Position numbers and translations under genes: made by a program | In this document: positions 1 to 8,122 of the stretch, one piece after another | How positions within the stretch are numbered: the stretch's first letter is position 1 | Layout of the letters: each line of letters opens with the position of its first letter | NCBI GenBank assembly: GCA_030625445.1 | Contig: DAOUQU010000001.1 | Location: 1 to 31,301, forward strand | Length of the DNA: 31,301 bases | Direction of reading: 5' to 3' | DNA from: Gammaproteobacteria bacterium | GTDB taxonomy: Bacteria; Pseudomonadota; Gammaproteobacteria; Chromatiales; Chromatiaceae | The notes under the pieces: generated by a model | What the model saw: the letters and a program-made list of their open reading frames with translations, nothing else | Database searches by the model: none | Told to the model about the DNA's origin: nothing

Positions 1-68
1 CTAGACTCTGTCTACCCTGCATGTTATTTTGACCACTATCCACTCCTCCAACAGATCTGGTACAGCGC

Positions 69-938
69 TTGTTCTCTCGAATTGGAATTACCGGTAAAAC
101 GACGGACAGCGAGATCGGATCGCTGCTGCGTTCACTGTTCGACCACCTCGCACCCAGGGTTAAGCAGCTGATTCTTGATGAGCGCCTCTCAGAGCATCTT
201 CCCGATCACACAACGGCATCATTGAAAAGCATCGCCGACAACTCCGACCTTGTCGTCATCATCGGAGGTGATGGAACACTGTTGCACAGCGCCCGTATCC
301 TGGCTCCCTATAATGTCCCGGTTGTCGGCATCAATCGCGGCCGCCTCGGGTTTCTTGCGGATATCGCTTCTGACAGGATGCTGGAGAGCCTCGATCAGAT
401 TCTTGACGGTCAATATAGCGAAGATCCACGCTTTCTGCTACGCAGCGAGATCATCGATGCCGGCGGCAATTGCCTGGACTCATCGCTGGCGCTGAATGAT
501 GTTGTGATTCATAAATGGCTCTCTGCACGCATGATCGAGTTCGAAATCTGGATCAATGACAGTTTTGTGGAGTCCCAGCGCTCTGACGGCATCATCGTCT
601 CCACTCCGACCGGTTCGACCGCCTATGCACTTTCCGGTGGCGGACCTCTGGTCTACCCGGATCTGAACGCCATTCTGCTGGTGCCAATCTGCCCGCATAC
701 TTTAAGCAACCGGCCGATTATGCTCCGCTCTGACTCGACTATCCGTTTTCGCATGTGTGAGCGCACAGCAAGCGAAAATGTCCGTATTACCTGTGACGGG
801 CAAACCACACTTGAAATCAGCCATCAGGATCAACTGGTCATCTCTCGCTCGCAACATAATGTGCGCCTGATTCATCCTGCCGGCCACGATCATTTCCAGA
901 TTCTGCGCAACAAACTCAACTGGGGTCATCGCACTTAA
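69..938 (+). CDS. nadK: NAD kinase
   Basis: 289 aa, TTG start. NAD kinase motifs GGDGT, GRLGFL, LNDVV, DGIIVSTPTGSTAY and SGGGP; lies upstream of recN as is typical. Confidence 0.97.
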   Translation: MFSRIGITGKTTDSEIGSLLRSLFDHLAPRVKQLILDERLSEHLPDHTTASLKSIADNSDLVVIIGGDGTLLHSARILAPYNVPVVGINRGRLGFLADIASDRMLESLDQILDGQYSEDPRFLLRSEIIDAGGNCLDSSLALNDVVIHKWLSARMIEFEIWINDSFVESQRSDGIIVSTPTGSTAYALSGGGPLVYPDLNAILLVPICPHTLSNRPIMLRSDSTIRFRMCERTASENVRITCDGQTTLEISHQDQLVISRSQHNVRLIHPAGHDHFQILRNKLNWGHRT

Positions 939-978
939 GGGCGTCTTTATACATCATCATGAGTAGAGACAACCATCA

Positions 979-2643
979 ATGCTGACCTCTGTGCACATCC
1001 GTCATCTTGTGACCATTGAAGAGCTGTCACTTGAGCTTGATTCAGGCATGAGCGCTCTCACCGGTGAAACCGGTGCAGGCAAATCCATCCTGATCGACTC
1101 TCTCGGGCTGGTGCTGGGCGACAAGGCTGACATCAGCCTGATCCGCAGCGGTCATGAAAAAGCCGAGATTACTGCGGCTTTTGATCTCACTGACAGCAGT
1201 GAGGCGAAACAGTGGCTGCACGAGCAGGAGTTGCTGGATGACTCCTGCGGCGACTGCCTGGTGCGCAGGGTACTCACTATTAAAGGGCGCTCCCGCGCCT
1301 TTATCAACAACATACCAGTGACGCTTGCATCTCTCGCTCGACTGGGTGAAAAACTGGTTGATATCCATGGACAACATGCCCATCAATCCCTGCTGAAAGC
1401 CCCCTATCAACGCGCTCTGCTTGATGCTTATGCAGGTAACGAAGAGCTGTTGAACAAGTTGCAGCATCAGTGGCGGCAATGGAACACTGCAGCCAGGGAG
1501 CTTTCCAACTTACAAATGAAGCAGCAGGATCGCCGTTCACACATTGAACTATTGCGGTTTCAGATCGAAGAGCTGGAAAACCTGGCTGTCGAGGAGCATG
1601 AGTGGCGGCAACTCGAGTCCGAACAACGCCGTCTCAGCAATGCCAGCCTGCTGCGCGAACGCAGCGAAGAGCTGCTCAACACCCTCTATCATGACAATGG
1701 CGTCACACAACTGCTGCAACGCAGTCTCTCTATCCTCGAAGAGCTGCGTGAAATTGACAAACTACCGGGTGACAGCCTGGAGATGCTGCAAAGCGCAATG
1801 ATTGAAGTCGAAGAGTCTTCCCACTCACTGCACCAGTACGCTGATGATATCCAGCTTGACCCGGCAAGACTCGCCAGCGTTGACCAGCGTCTCAGCAACA
1901 TCCTGCTGCTTGCCCGCAAACATCAGCTCGAACCGGCTGAGCTGCCCCTTCATCTCTCCACTCTCCAACAACAACTGGCAAAATTGCTGCAGAGTGATGA
2001 ACAGTTGGATACTTTGCAGCAACAGATCGACGAGCATCAGCAACAATGGGGGAAACTTGCCGGCAGGCTGAGCCGTTCAAGGCGCAAGGCTGTAGAATTA
2101 CTGGCTGCACAGGTTTCCGCAACCATGCAGCAGTTGTCGATGCCGGACGGGCGTTTCAGTGTGAAACTCGACTCCATCGAGCAGCAGCAACCGACGGCAC
2201 AGGGCCTCGAAACGATCGAGTTCTTTTTCAGCGCCAACCCCGGGCAGCCACAACAGCCACTCAGCAAAGCCGCCTCCGGCGGTGAACTCTCCCGTATCAG
2301 CCTCGCCATACAGGTCGCCACGATCGGTCTTGCAAAAATACCCACGCTGATCTTCGATGAAGTGGATGTCGGTATCGGCGGCGGCGTTGCAGAAATTGTC
2401 GGCAAGCTGCTACGCAAGCTTGGAGAAGAGCGGCAGATTCTGTGTGTCACCCACCTGCCCCAGGTAGCGGCACAGGCTCATCATCACCTGCTCGTTGAAA
2501 AACAGCGCCACAACAACTCCACGCAAACCCGCATCACCCAACTCGAGGAGAGTCAACGAATCAATGAGGTTGCACGCATGCTTGGAGGCGTCGAGATGAC
2601 AGAACGCACCCTCAAGCACGCCCAGGAGATGCTATCGACATAA
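979..2643 (+). CDS. recN: DNA repair protein RecN (SMC-like)
   Basis: 554 aa. Walker A TGETGAGKS, long coiled coil, signature ASGGELSR, Walker B/D-loop IFDEVDVGIGG, THLPQVAA. Confidence 0.98.
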   Translation: MLTSVHIRHLVTIEELSLELDSGMSALTGETGAGKSILIDSLGLVLGDKADISLIRSGHEKAEITAAFDLTDSSEAKQWLHEQELLDDSCGDCLVRRVLTIKGRSRAFINNIPVTLASLARLGEKLVDIHGQHAHQSLLKAPYQRALLDAYAGNEELLNKLQHQWRQWNTAARELSNLQMKQQDRRSHIELLRFQIEELENLAVEEHEWRQLESEQRRLSNASLLRERSEELLNTLYHDNGVTQLLQRSLSILEELREIDKLPGDSLEMLQSAMIEVEESSHSLHQYADDIQLDPARLASVDQRLSNILLLARKHQLEPAELPLHLSTLQQQLAKLLQSDEQLDTLQQQIDEHQQQWGKLAGRLSRSRRKAVELLAAQVSATMQQLSMPDGRFSVKLDSIEQQQPTAQGLETIEFFFSANPGQPQQPLSKAASGGELSRISLAIQVATIGLAKIPTLIFDEVDVGIGGGVAEIVGKLLRKLGEERQILCVTHLPQVAAQAHHHLLVEKQRHNNSTQTRITQLEESQRINEVARMLGGVEMTERTLKHAQEMLST

Positions 2644-2701
2644 CATCTCAACAGCTCCGCACAGGAGGCAGAGTTGGGTTATGCGTTTTAGGTTATGCTT
2701 T

Positions 2702-3133
2702 TCAGGATTTCGACTTGCGATGGGGGCAGCTGTTATTTCGGCAGCGCCCGTAGAGAACCATGGAGTGATCAGTCAATTCAAAACCGAGCTTCTCTGCGAT
2801 CTTTTTCTGGGACTCCTCAATAGTTTCATCGACAAACTCCTCGACATGCCCGCATTCAACACAAACGACATGGTCATGGTGCATGCCGCGATCCAGCTCA
2901 AACACCGAAGTACTGCCTTCAAAATTCTGACGTTTGGCCAGACCAGCTGCTTCAAACTGCGTTAAAACGCGGTAAACAGTGGCGAGACCGATCTCCTCAT
3001 CATTCTTCAGCAATATTTTATAGACATCCTCAGCACTCAGATGGCGCAGCTGATTGCGTTCAAGAATCTCGAGAATTTTGAGTCGTGGCAAAGTGACTTT
3101 GAGACCAGCCTGACGAATATCATTATTATCCAT
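2702..3133 (-). CDS. fur: Ferric uptake regulator
   Basis: 143 aa from the ATG at 3133 (MDNNDIRQAGLKVTLPRLKIL). Motifs HLSAEDVY, GLATVYRVL and HHDHVVCVECG; divergent from bamE. Confidence 0.97.
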   Translation of the reverse strand: MDNNDIRQAGLKVTLPRLKILEILERNQLRHLSAEDVYKILLKNDEEIGLATVYRVLTQFEAAGLAKRQNFEGSTSVFELDRGMHHDHVVCVECGHVEEFVDETIEESQKKIAEKLGFELTDHSMVLYGRCRNNSCPHRKSKS

Positions 3134-3161
3134 GGGATCCTGCTTATCAGTTAGGGAAGCA

Positions 3162-3190
3162 CTAAGCAAATCGCCGCGCGCTTCGATCAG
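3162..3190. repeat. Degenerate copy of a 29-bp REP-like palindrome
   Basis: ctaagcaaatcgccgcgcgcttcgatcag is 23/29 identical to 27930-27958, and the last 13 nt are identical. Confidence 0.55.
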
Positions 3191-3202
3191 TGCTTGTTAT
3201 TA

Positions 3203-3323
3203 CAAATTTTTCTACCGGGACAGGCTCCAGGCGACATGTCTTAACTATCATTCAGTGAGAGCGGACACTCAGTAAACCCTTCCTCCGACTCCCATCCCAT
3301 TGATTTATTCAGAGGTTCCTTAG
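3203..3323. repeat. Bipartite dispersed element, copy A (upstream of bamE)
   Basis: 3276-3323 matches 28981-29029 at 43/49 aligned positions (one gap). 3203-3224 matches 28922-28943 at 18/22. Confidence 0.8.
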
Positions 3324-3339
3324 CAATCTCTGATTGTTG

Positions 3340-3345
3340 TATAAT
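3340..3345 (+). promoter_or_regulatory. Putative sigma70 -10 box for bamE
   Basis: Perfect TATAAT 35 nt upstream of the bamE ATG. No canonical -35; that position falls in the end of the repeated element. Confidence 0.5.
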
Positions 3346-3379
3346 AACAGATTCTGCGGATGAAAATCAGTACCTAAAT

Positions 3380-3856
3380 ATGCACAGGCATCTCTTTCCT
3401 ATCTTCATAGCCAGTTTGCTGACTGGTGGCTGCGCCACCTCTGAAAAAATCGTCAAAGGCGTTGCTCAAAAGCCATTTTCAAAATTCTCATTTGTGCACA
3501 AACAGACTATTCAGCAGGGCAACATCCTCAATAGTGAAGCTCTTGACAAACTCGAGCCCGGCATGTCTATGGAGGAGGTTCGCCTGGCGCTGGGAACGCC
3601 ATCCTTTGTCGATGTATTTCATCAGCAGCGCTGGGACTACATCTACTGGTTACAGGTCCCCGGTGAGGAGCTGGTGCACAAGAACCTCACCCTCTATTTC
3701 AGCGATGATGGAATACTTGATCGTATTGCCGGGGATTATGAGCCGGATGAGAAGATCGATGATGAGAACGAACGCGTCGTTGTTTCAGTACCGGATCACA
3801 AAGGAGAGGGATTTTTTCAACGCACCCTGGATAAAGTTGGCAACGCCATCGATTGA
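3380..3856 (+). CDS. bamE: Outer membrane protein assembly factor BamE (SmpA/OmlA) lipoprotein
   Basis: 158 aa. Lipobox-like LTGGC and the SmpA pattern IQQGN...LEPGMS...LGTPSFVDVFHQQRWDY; divergent from fur. Confidence 0.95.
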   Translation: MHRHLFPIFIASLLTGGCATSEKIVKGVAQKPFSKFSFVHKQTIQQGNILNSEALDKLEPGMSMEEVRLALGTPSFVDVFHQQRWDYIYWLQVPGEELVHKNLTLYFSDDGILDRIAGDYEPDEKIDDENERVVVSVPDHKGEGFFQRTLDKVGNAID

Positions 3857-4066
3857 ATCGGGGAGTATCGGCGCTATTTTGTGACGGGTGCTTGTTGATG
3901 CCGGACTTGCAATCACAGAGATGAGGCCTTCTCTTATGCGTATGCGGCTCCGTTAAAGAGGCCCTCTACGAGCACTCTGTTGCTCTCACCATCTCCCACA
4001 CACAAGTTGGGCGCGCTGGCGCGCAGTCAAACGCCTCCCGGAATCCCGGAAAGAGCTTTCCGATCA

Positions 4067-4981
4067 TCAATTGACCGAGTTGATATAGCGCATCGGATTG
4101 ACTGGAGCACCGTTCTTGCGCACCTCAAAATGGAGATGCGGTCCTGTCGAACGCCCGGTGCTGCCAAGCAGTGCAACCGTGACGCCTTTTTCGATGATGT
4201 CGCCTTTTTTTACAATATTCTTCTTGTTGTGGGCATAACGGGTGCTGAAACCATCGGCATGCTTGATCTCAACCATGTTCCCGTATCCTGAAACCCGCTC
4301 GGACTTGATCACGACCCCGCCGGCGACAGCCTTGATCGGGGTGCCTCTTTTACCCGGGATATCCACTCCCTCATGCCCCTTGAATTTTCCGGATATCGGA
4401 TGGACTCTGCCGCCATATCCAGATGAGATGTAGCCCTTCACCGGCATGCCCGAGGGCACGACTTCCTTTGTTATGTCGCGCTCGCTCAACACTTTTTCCA
4501 GTGTCGTCAGTTGTTGATCCTGGGACGCCAATTGACTGCTCAACCGCTCAATCCCCATAAGCAGATCAAGCGAGGTTTGAGTCTCTCCCTCTTCGCCATT
4601 TGAGGCGCTTCCCATTGCAGGATCTTTTTTGAAGACCTCTTTATCGATATCAACATCGACAGCGGAAACAAGCCGCTCTCCAATGGCCTCCAGGCGCATC
4701 AGTTTTGCCTGCAGCGACCCCAGCTTGATAGCCAGAGCATCAAGATTATCTTCTGTATTCGCCTTGACCTGTTGAAGATTTTCACGCTCCTTGTTCACCA
4801 TCTCCATGAGTAATGCGACTTCAGATTCAGATTCCAGAGAAACGTTGGCATTGTGAAACCCAAGCTGATAGCCAATTCTTCCAGACATTGCCGCAGAGAT
4901 CATCGCCACGATAAGCAGCAGGATAAAAAGCATTCCGAGCTTGTGAATGGATATTTTTTTCTGAATTGAACTTGAAAACAT
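4067..4981 (-). CDS. M23 family metallopeptidase (TM + coiled coil + M23), PA4404-like
   Basis: N-terminal hydrophobic helix, coiled coil, Zn motifs HEGVD (HxxxD) and TGPHLHFEV. Start uncertain (ATG 4981 or TTG 4999). Confidence 0.9.
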   Translation of the reverse strand: MFSSSIQKKISIHKLGMLFILLLIVAMISAAMSGRIGYQLGFHNANVSLESESEVALLMEMVNKERENLQQVKANTEDNLDALAIKLGSLQAKLMRLEAIGERLVSAVDVDIDKEVFKKDPAMGSASNGEEGETQTSLDLLMGIERLSSQLASQDQQLTTLEKVLSERDITKEVVPSGMPVKGYISSGYGGRVHPISGKFKGHEGVDIPGKRGTPIKAVAGGVVIKSERVSGYGNMVEIKHADGFSTRYAHNKKNIVKKGDIIEKGVTVALLGSTGRSTGPHLHFEVRKNGAPVNPMRYINSVN

Positions 4982-4998
4982 ACTACTTTTCCTCAACA

Positions 4999-5466
4999 AT
5001 GAGCGGAGTTGGCAGCCTCATACAAGAGATCCCTCACTTGAAAAAACGCCCTCAAGCCATCTCCCGCTATCTACAACATAGCGATCAACTTTCCACTCTG
5101 CAGAGAGCCTGCAGGGAGGAAGCGGAATTACTGCAGGTAATCAAGCAGCAATTCGCACGCGAAATAACCGATCACATTACAGGATTACATCGCAATAGTC
5201 AAGTTGTGACACTCTATGTCGATGCACAAGTATGGGCCAGCAGGATACGCTACCTGAGCGAAATGATCGCTGCGGAGGTAAAATCGAAGGAGGTTAGAGT
5301 GGTGGTGTCGCCGGCGCCAGTTCAGCATGAACAGCTGAAAACAGAGCACGGCACCCCCCGCCATTCAGACAAGGCGTCAGAGGTGTTAAACCGGGCGGCA
5401 GACTGCACCAGCGATGAACAACTTAAGGCCGTGCTGCTGCGCCTCTCGAACGCAGTCAGGCAGTAA
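4999..5466 (+). CDS. dciA: DUF721 / DciA replicative helicase loader-like protein
   Basis: [16 protein letters not shown] resembles the DUF721 core. It lies antisense between lpxC and the M23 gene, as in Pseudomonas (PA4405). Start may be TTG 5038. Confidence 0.75.
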   Translation: MSGVGSLIQEIPHLKKRPQAISRYLQHSDQLSTLQRACREEAELLQVIKQQFAREITDHITGLHRNSQVVTLYVDAQVWASRIRYLSEMIAAEVKSKEVRVVVSPAPVQHEQLKTEHGTPRHSDKASEVLNRAADCTSDEQLKAVLLRLSNAVRQ

Positions 5467-6370
5467 CCTTGGCCGCCTGCATGTAGGAGATTGGAGCGCC
5501 CTCTTTCTCGTCGAACACCACCTCTTCCCATGCTGACTGGTTTGCCAACAGTGCATGCAGCAGTTCGTTATTCAGCGCATGCCCCGACTTGAAGCCATGA
5601 AAGGCGCCAATCAGGCTATGCCCGAGCAGGTAGAGATCACCGACAGCATCCAGAATCTTGTGTTTGACGAACTCATCATCATAACGCAGTCCATCTTCAT
5701 TCATGACACGATAGTCATCAACAACGACCGCATTGTCCAGACTCCCTCCCAGAGCAAGATTATTTTCGCGCAGCATTTCAATCTCATTGAGAAAACCGAA
5801 AGTTCGCGCACGACTCACTTCACGCACAAAAGATGTTGAAGAAAAATCGATGACTGCAGTTTTTGGGCGATCGATAAATGCCGGATGATCAAACTCAATA
5901 CCGAAACTCATTTTAAAGCCGTCAAAAGGGGTAAACGCGGCTTTTTTATCACCGTCACTCACCTCGATTGGCTGTAGAATCCGTACAAAGCGCTTCGCCA
6001 CATGCTGCTCGATAATCCCGGCAGACTGGATCAGAAAAACAAATGGAGCAGCACTGCCGTCCATGATGGGTACTTCAGGCGCACTGACATCCACATAGGC
6101 ATTATCGACACCGAGACCGGCAAAGGCTGACAGCAGGTGCTCCACCGTGGAGACCCGCACATCACCTTTTACCAATGTCGTCGAGAGACTGGTGTCTCCG
6201 ACATTTTCCGCCCTGGCTTCAATCTCGACAGGTGTGTCAAGATCAATGCGGCGAAATACGATGCCTGTATTCGCTGCCGCAGGGCGCAGAGTCAACAACA
6301 CCTTGTCTCCGGTATGAAGTCCAACGCCGGTCGCCTTGATGCTGTTTTTGAGGGTGCGCTGTTTAATCAT
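5456..6370 (-). CDS. lpxC: UDP-3-O-acyl-N-acetylglucosamine deacetylase
   Basis: 304 aa from MIKQRTLKN. Motifs [34 protein letters not shown] and KSGH. Confidence 0.98.
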   Translation of the reverse strand: MIKQRTLKNSIKATGVGLHTGDKVLLTLRPAAANTGIVFRRIDLDTPVEIEARAENVGDTSLSTTLVKGDVRVSTVEHLLSAFAGLGVDNAYVDVSAPEVPIMDGSAAPFVFLIQSAGIIEQHVAKRFVRILQPIEVSDGDKKAAFTPFDGFKMSFGIEFDHPAFIDRPKTAVIDFSSTSFVREVSRARTFGFLNEIEMLRENNLALGGSLDNAVVVDDYRVMNEDGLRYDDEFVKHKILDAVGDLYLLGHSLIGAFHGFKSGHALNNELLHALLANQSAWEEVVFDEKEGAPISYMQAAKVTA

Positions 6371-6451
6371 CAGCAATCTCTTTAATATACGAGGTTAAGT
6401 CCGTCTAAATACAGTGCTAATCAGCCCTCCTTTAGACAACAGGCCCCTCTT

Positions 6452-6471
6452 TATTAGGGAATTCCCTAATA
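6452..6471. promoter_or_regulatory. Perfect 20-bp palindrome (candidate operator) upstream of lpxC
   Basis: tattagggaattccctaata is its own reverse complement; it lies in the ftsZ-lpxC spacer. Confidence 0.45.
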
Positions 6472-6512
6472 TTGAACTATAAAATGATGACATTTGCAAC
6501 TTTTATCGCAAT

Positions 6513-7727
6513 TTAATCATTTTGTTTCCGTAAAAATGCTGGAATATCAAGGTAATCCATTCCTGCATTGGTCATGGATTCATCCTGTGAAGCAACCTTG
6601 GTGGTTCTGCGGATGACAGTCGGGTTGTCAAACTCCCCATAGCTGGTTGAAGCATGTGCATTGGCATCAGCTACCGGATTAACGACATCGCTGCCAACCA
6701 CCTTCGCAGGTTTGACGACCTCCATCTCCGGTTTGCGCACTTCAGGCCTCTTCGGCTGTTTCTGCTCATCTTCACCACCGATTCCGGTCGCAACAACGGT
6801 GACTTTTAGCTCATCATGCATATCCGGGTCAATAACGGTGCCAACAACAACTGTCGCATCATCATCAGCATACTCTCTGACTGTGGTGCCTACTTCATCA
6901 AATTCACCGATCGACATGTCCATCCCGGCAGTAATATTGACAAGGATACCCTTGGCGCCGGTCAGGTTGACATCTTCCAGCAATGGACTCTGCAGTGCAG
7001 TTTCAGCCGCTTCCCGGGCGCGGTCCTCACCTGTCGCCGTACCGCTGCCCATCATTGCCAGACCCATCTCCGCCATCACAGTACGCACATCGGCAAAATC
7101 AACATTAATCAGCCCAGGCTTGGTGATCAGTTCCGAAATCCCCTGCACCGCATTCAACAACACATCATTGGCGGCTTTAAATGCATCCAGCAGCGTCATA
7201 TTCGACCCCAGCACCGGAACCAGCTTGTCGTTTGGAATGGTAATCAGGGAATCAACGGATTCACGCAGCAGCTTGATTCCAAGCTCGGCTGCCTGCATGC
7301 GGCGTCCACCTTCAAAACGAAACGGCTTGGTCACCACCGCCACTGTCAAAATTCCCAGCTCCTTTGAGATCTCGGCAACCACAGGAGCCGCACCTGTGCC
7401 CGTTCCACCACCCATGCCTGCGGTGATAAAAACCATATCAGCACCCTGCAACTGCTCTCTAATGCGGTCACGATCCTCCAATGCGGCCTGTTGTCCAACC
7501 TGCGGATTGGCTCCGGCGCCAAGCCCCTTGGTCAGATCCGAACCGATTGGCAATAATGCCGCAACGCCGCTCCTGTTGAGGGCCTGCACATCAGTATTTG
7601 CGCATATAAAATCAACCCCTTCAAGATTCTCACTCAGCATGTGGGTGACAGCATTACCGCCTCCCCCGCCAACGCCAATCACTTTGATCACTGCTTCTTG
7701 TGTATAGTTATCGATTATTTCAAACAT
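6513..7727 (-). CDS. ftsZ: Cell division protein FtsZ
   Basis: 404 aa. [10 protein letters not shown], tubulin signature [16 protein letters not shown]-terminal core [10 protein letters not shown]; SD AGGAG upstream. Confidence 0.99.
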   Translation of the reverse strand: MFEIIDNYTQEAVIKVIGVGGGGGNAVTHMLSENLEGVDFICANTDVQALNRSGVAALLPIGSDLTKGLGAGANPQVGQQAALEDRDRIREQLQGADMVFITAGMGGGTGTGAAPVVAEISKELGILTVAVVTKPFRFEGGRRMQAAELGIKLLRESVDSLITIPNDKLVPVLGSNMTLLDAFKAANDVLLNAVQGISELITKPGLINVDFADVRTVMAEMGLAMMGSGTATGEDRAREAAETALQSPLLEDVNLTGAKGILVNITAGMDMSIGEFDEVGTTVREYADDDATVVVGTVIDPDMHDELKVTVVATGIGGEDEQKQPKRPEVRKPEMEVVKPAKVVGSDVVNPVADANAHASTSYGEFDNPTVIRRTTKVASQDESMTNAGMDYLDIPAFLRKQND

Positions 7728-7730
7728 CTC

Positions 7731-7763
7731 TTATCTCCTGCACCCAGTTAAATTTGCCATCAT
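7731..7763 (-). CDS. Putative 10-aa upstream ORF (MMANLTGCRR) in frame with ftsZ
   Basis: GGAGG (7774-7770) lies 6 nt before ATG ATG; TAA at 7733-7731 is 3 nt before the ftsZ ATG. Confidence 0.35.
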   Translation of the reverse strand: MMANLTGCRR

Positions 7764-7808
7764 GTGTTGCCTCCAAAATAGCAAGGTAAACTCCCCCCGC
7801 CAACTCCA

Positions 7809-7869
7809 ACCGGATGCACTTCGCATCCGGTATTTTTCAACGGCCTGTAGGCATCCGGCCATTGAAAAA
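7809..7869. repeat. Two adjacent hairpins sharing a GCATCCGG motif
   Basis: accggatgc/gcatccggt (7809-7831, perfect 9-bp stem) and tttttcaacggcc/ggccattgaaaaa (7833-7869, 12/13). Confidence 0.7.
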
Positions 7870-7973
7870 ATCTTGTCAATCAAATACATTGTCATACATT
7901 CTGTGTTGATCCACTCTCTCTAGAAACCTCGCGCGACCAGCATATAAACAAATGAATCATATTTTAATAATGA

Positions 7974-8035
7974 CTCTCGCAAAGATGCAAAGACCGCAAA
8001 GGCTTTTCTTGGCGAACTTTGCACCTTTGCGAGAG
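7974..8035. repeat. 62-bp inverted repeat built of GCAAAG units (MITE/REP-like)
   Basis: ctctcgcaaagatgcaaag (7974-7992) versus ctttgcacctttgcgagag (8017-8035) is 18/19 complementary; a third unit lies inside each arm. Confidence 0.75.
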
Positions 8036-8122
8036 AAAAAATCTCTTTCATACCCTGTCAACCTGAGACTTGCTCTCGCTGGAGAGTCATGTCTGCACAG
8101 CTCCTTAAATCCCCCATAATGA

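Noticed and set aside
2-22. Possible minus-strand gene start MQGRQSL at the window edge (hrcA or grpE often lie here)
   Set aside because: Only 7 codons are visible, so it cannot be identified.
939-978. LexA/SOS box expected before recN
   Set aside because: No CTG-N10-CAG was found here or upstream of nadK within the window.
2672-2706. Degenerate 14-bp tandem (ggttatgcgtttta / ggttatgcttttca) at the recN/fur convergence
   Set aside because: Only two imperfect copies with weak partner arms; no clear element.
3112-3130. Fur-box-like sequence at the start of fur
   Set aside because: Only 13/19 to consensus and explained by the codons for D-N-N-D-I-R.
6412-6420. CIRCE-like half-site cagtgctaa
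   Set aside because: The matching left arm TTAGCACTC is absent at the required spacing.
6661-7707. 348-aa plus-strand ORF, and many other long antisense or alternative-frame ORFs over dcw genes (e.g. 10146-11261, 12520-13308, 17400-18278)
   Set aside because: They are shadows of conserved genes, with Ser/Thr/Pro- or His/Gln-biased composition and no motifs.
7874-7879. Perfect TTGACA on the minus strand (another at 8056-8061)
   Set aside because: Neither has a plausible -10 hexamer at 16-18 nt.
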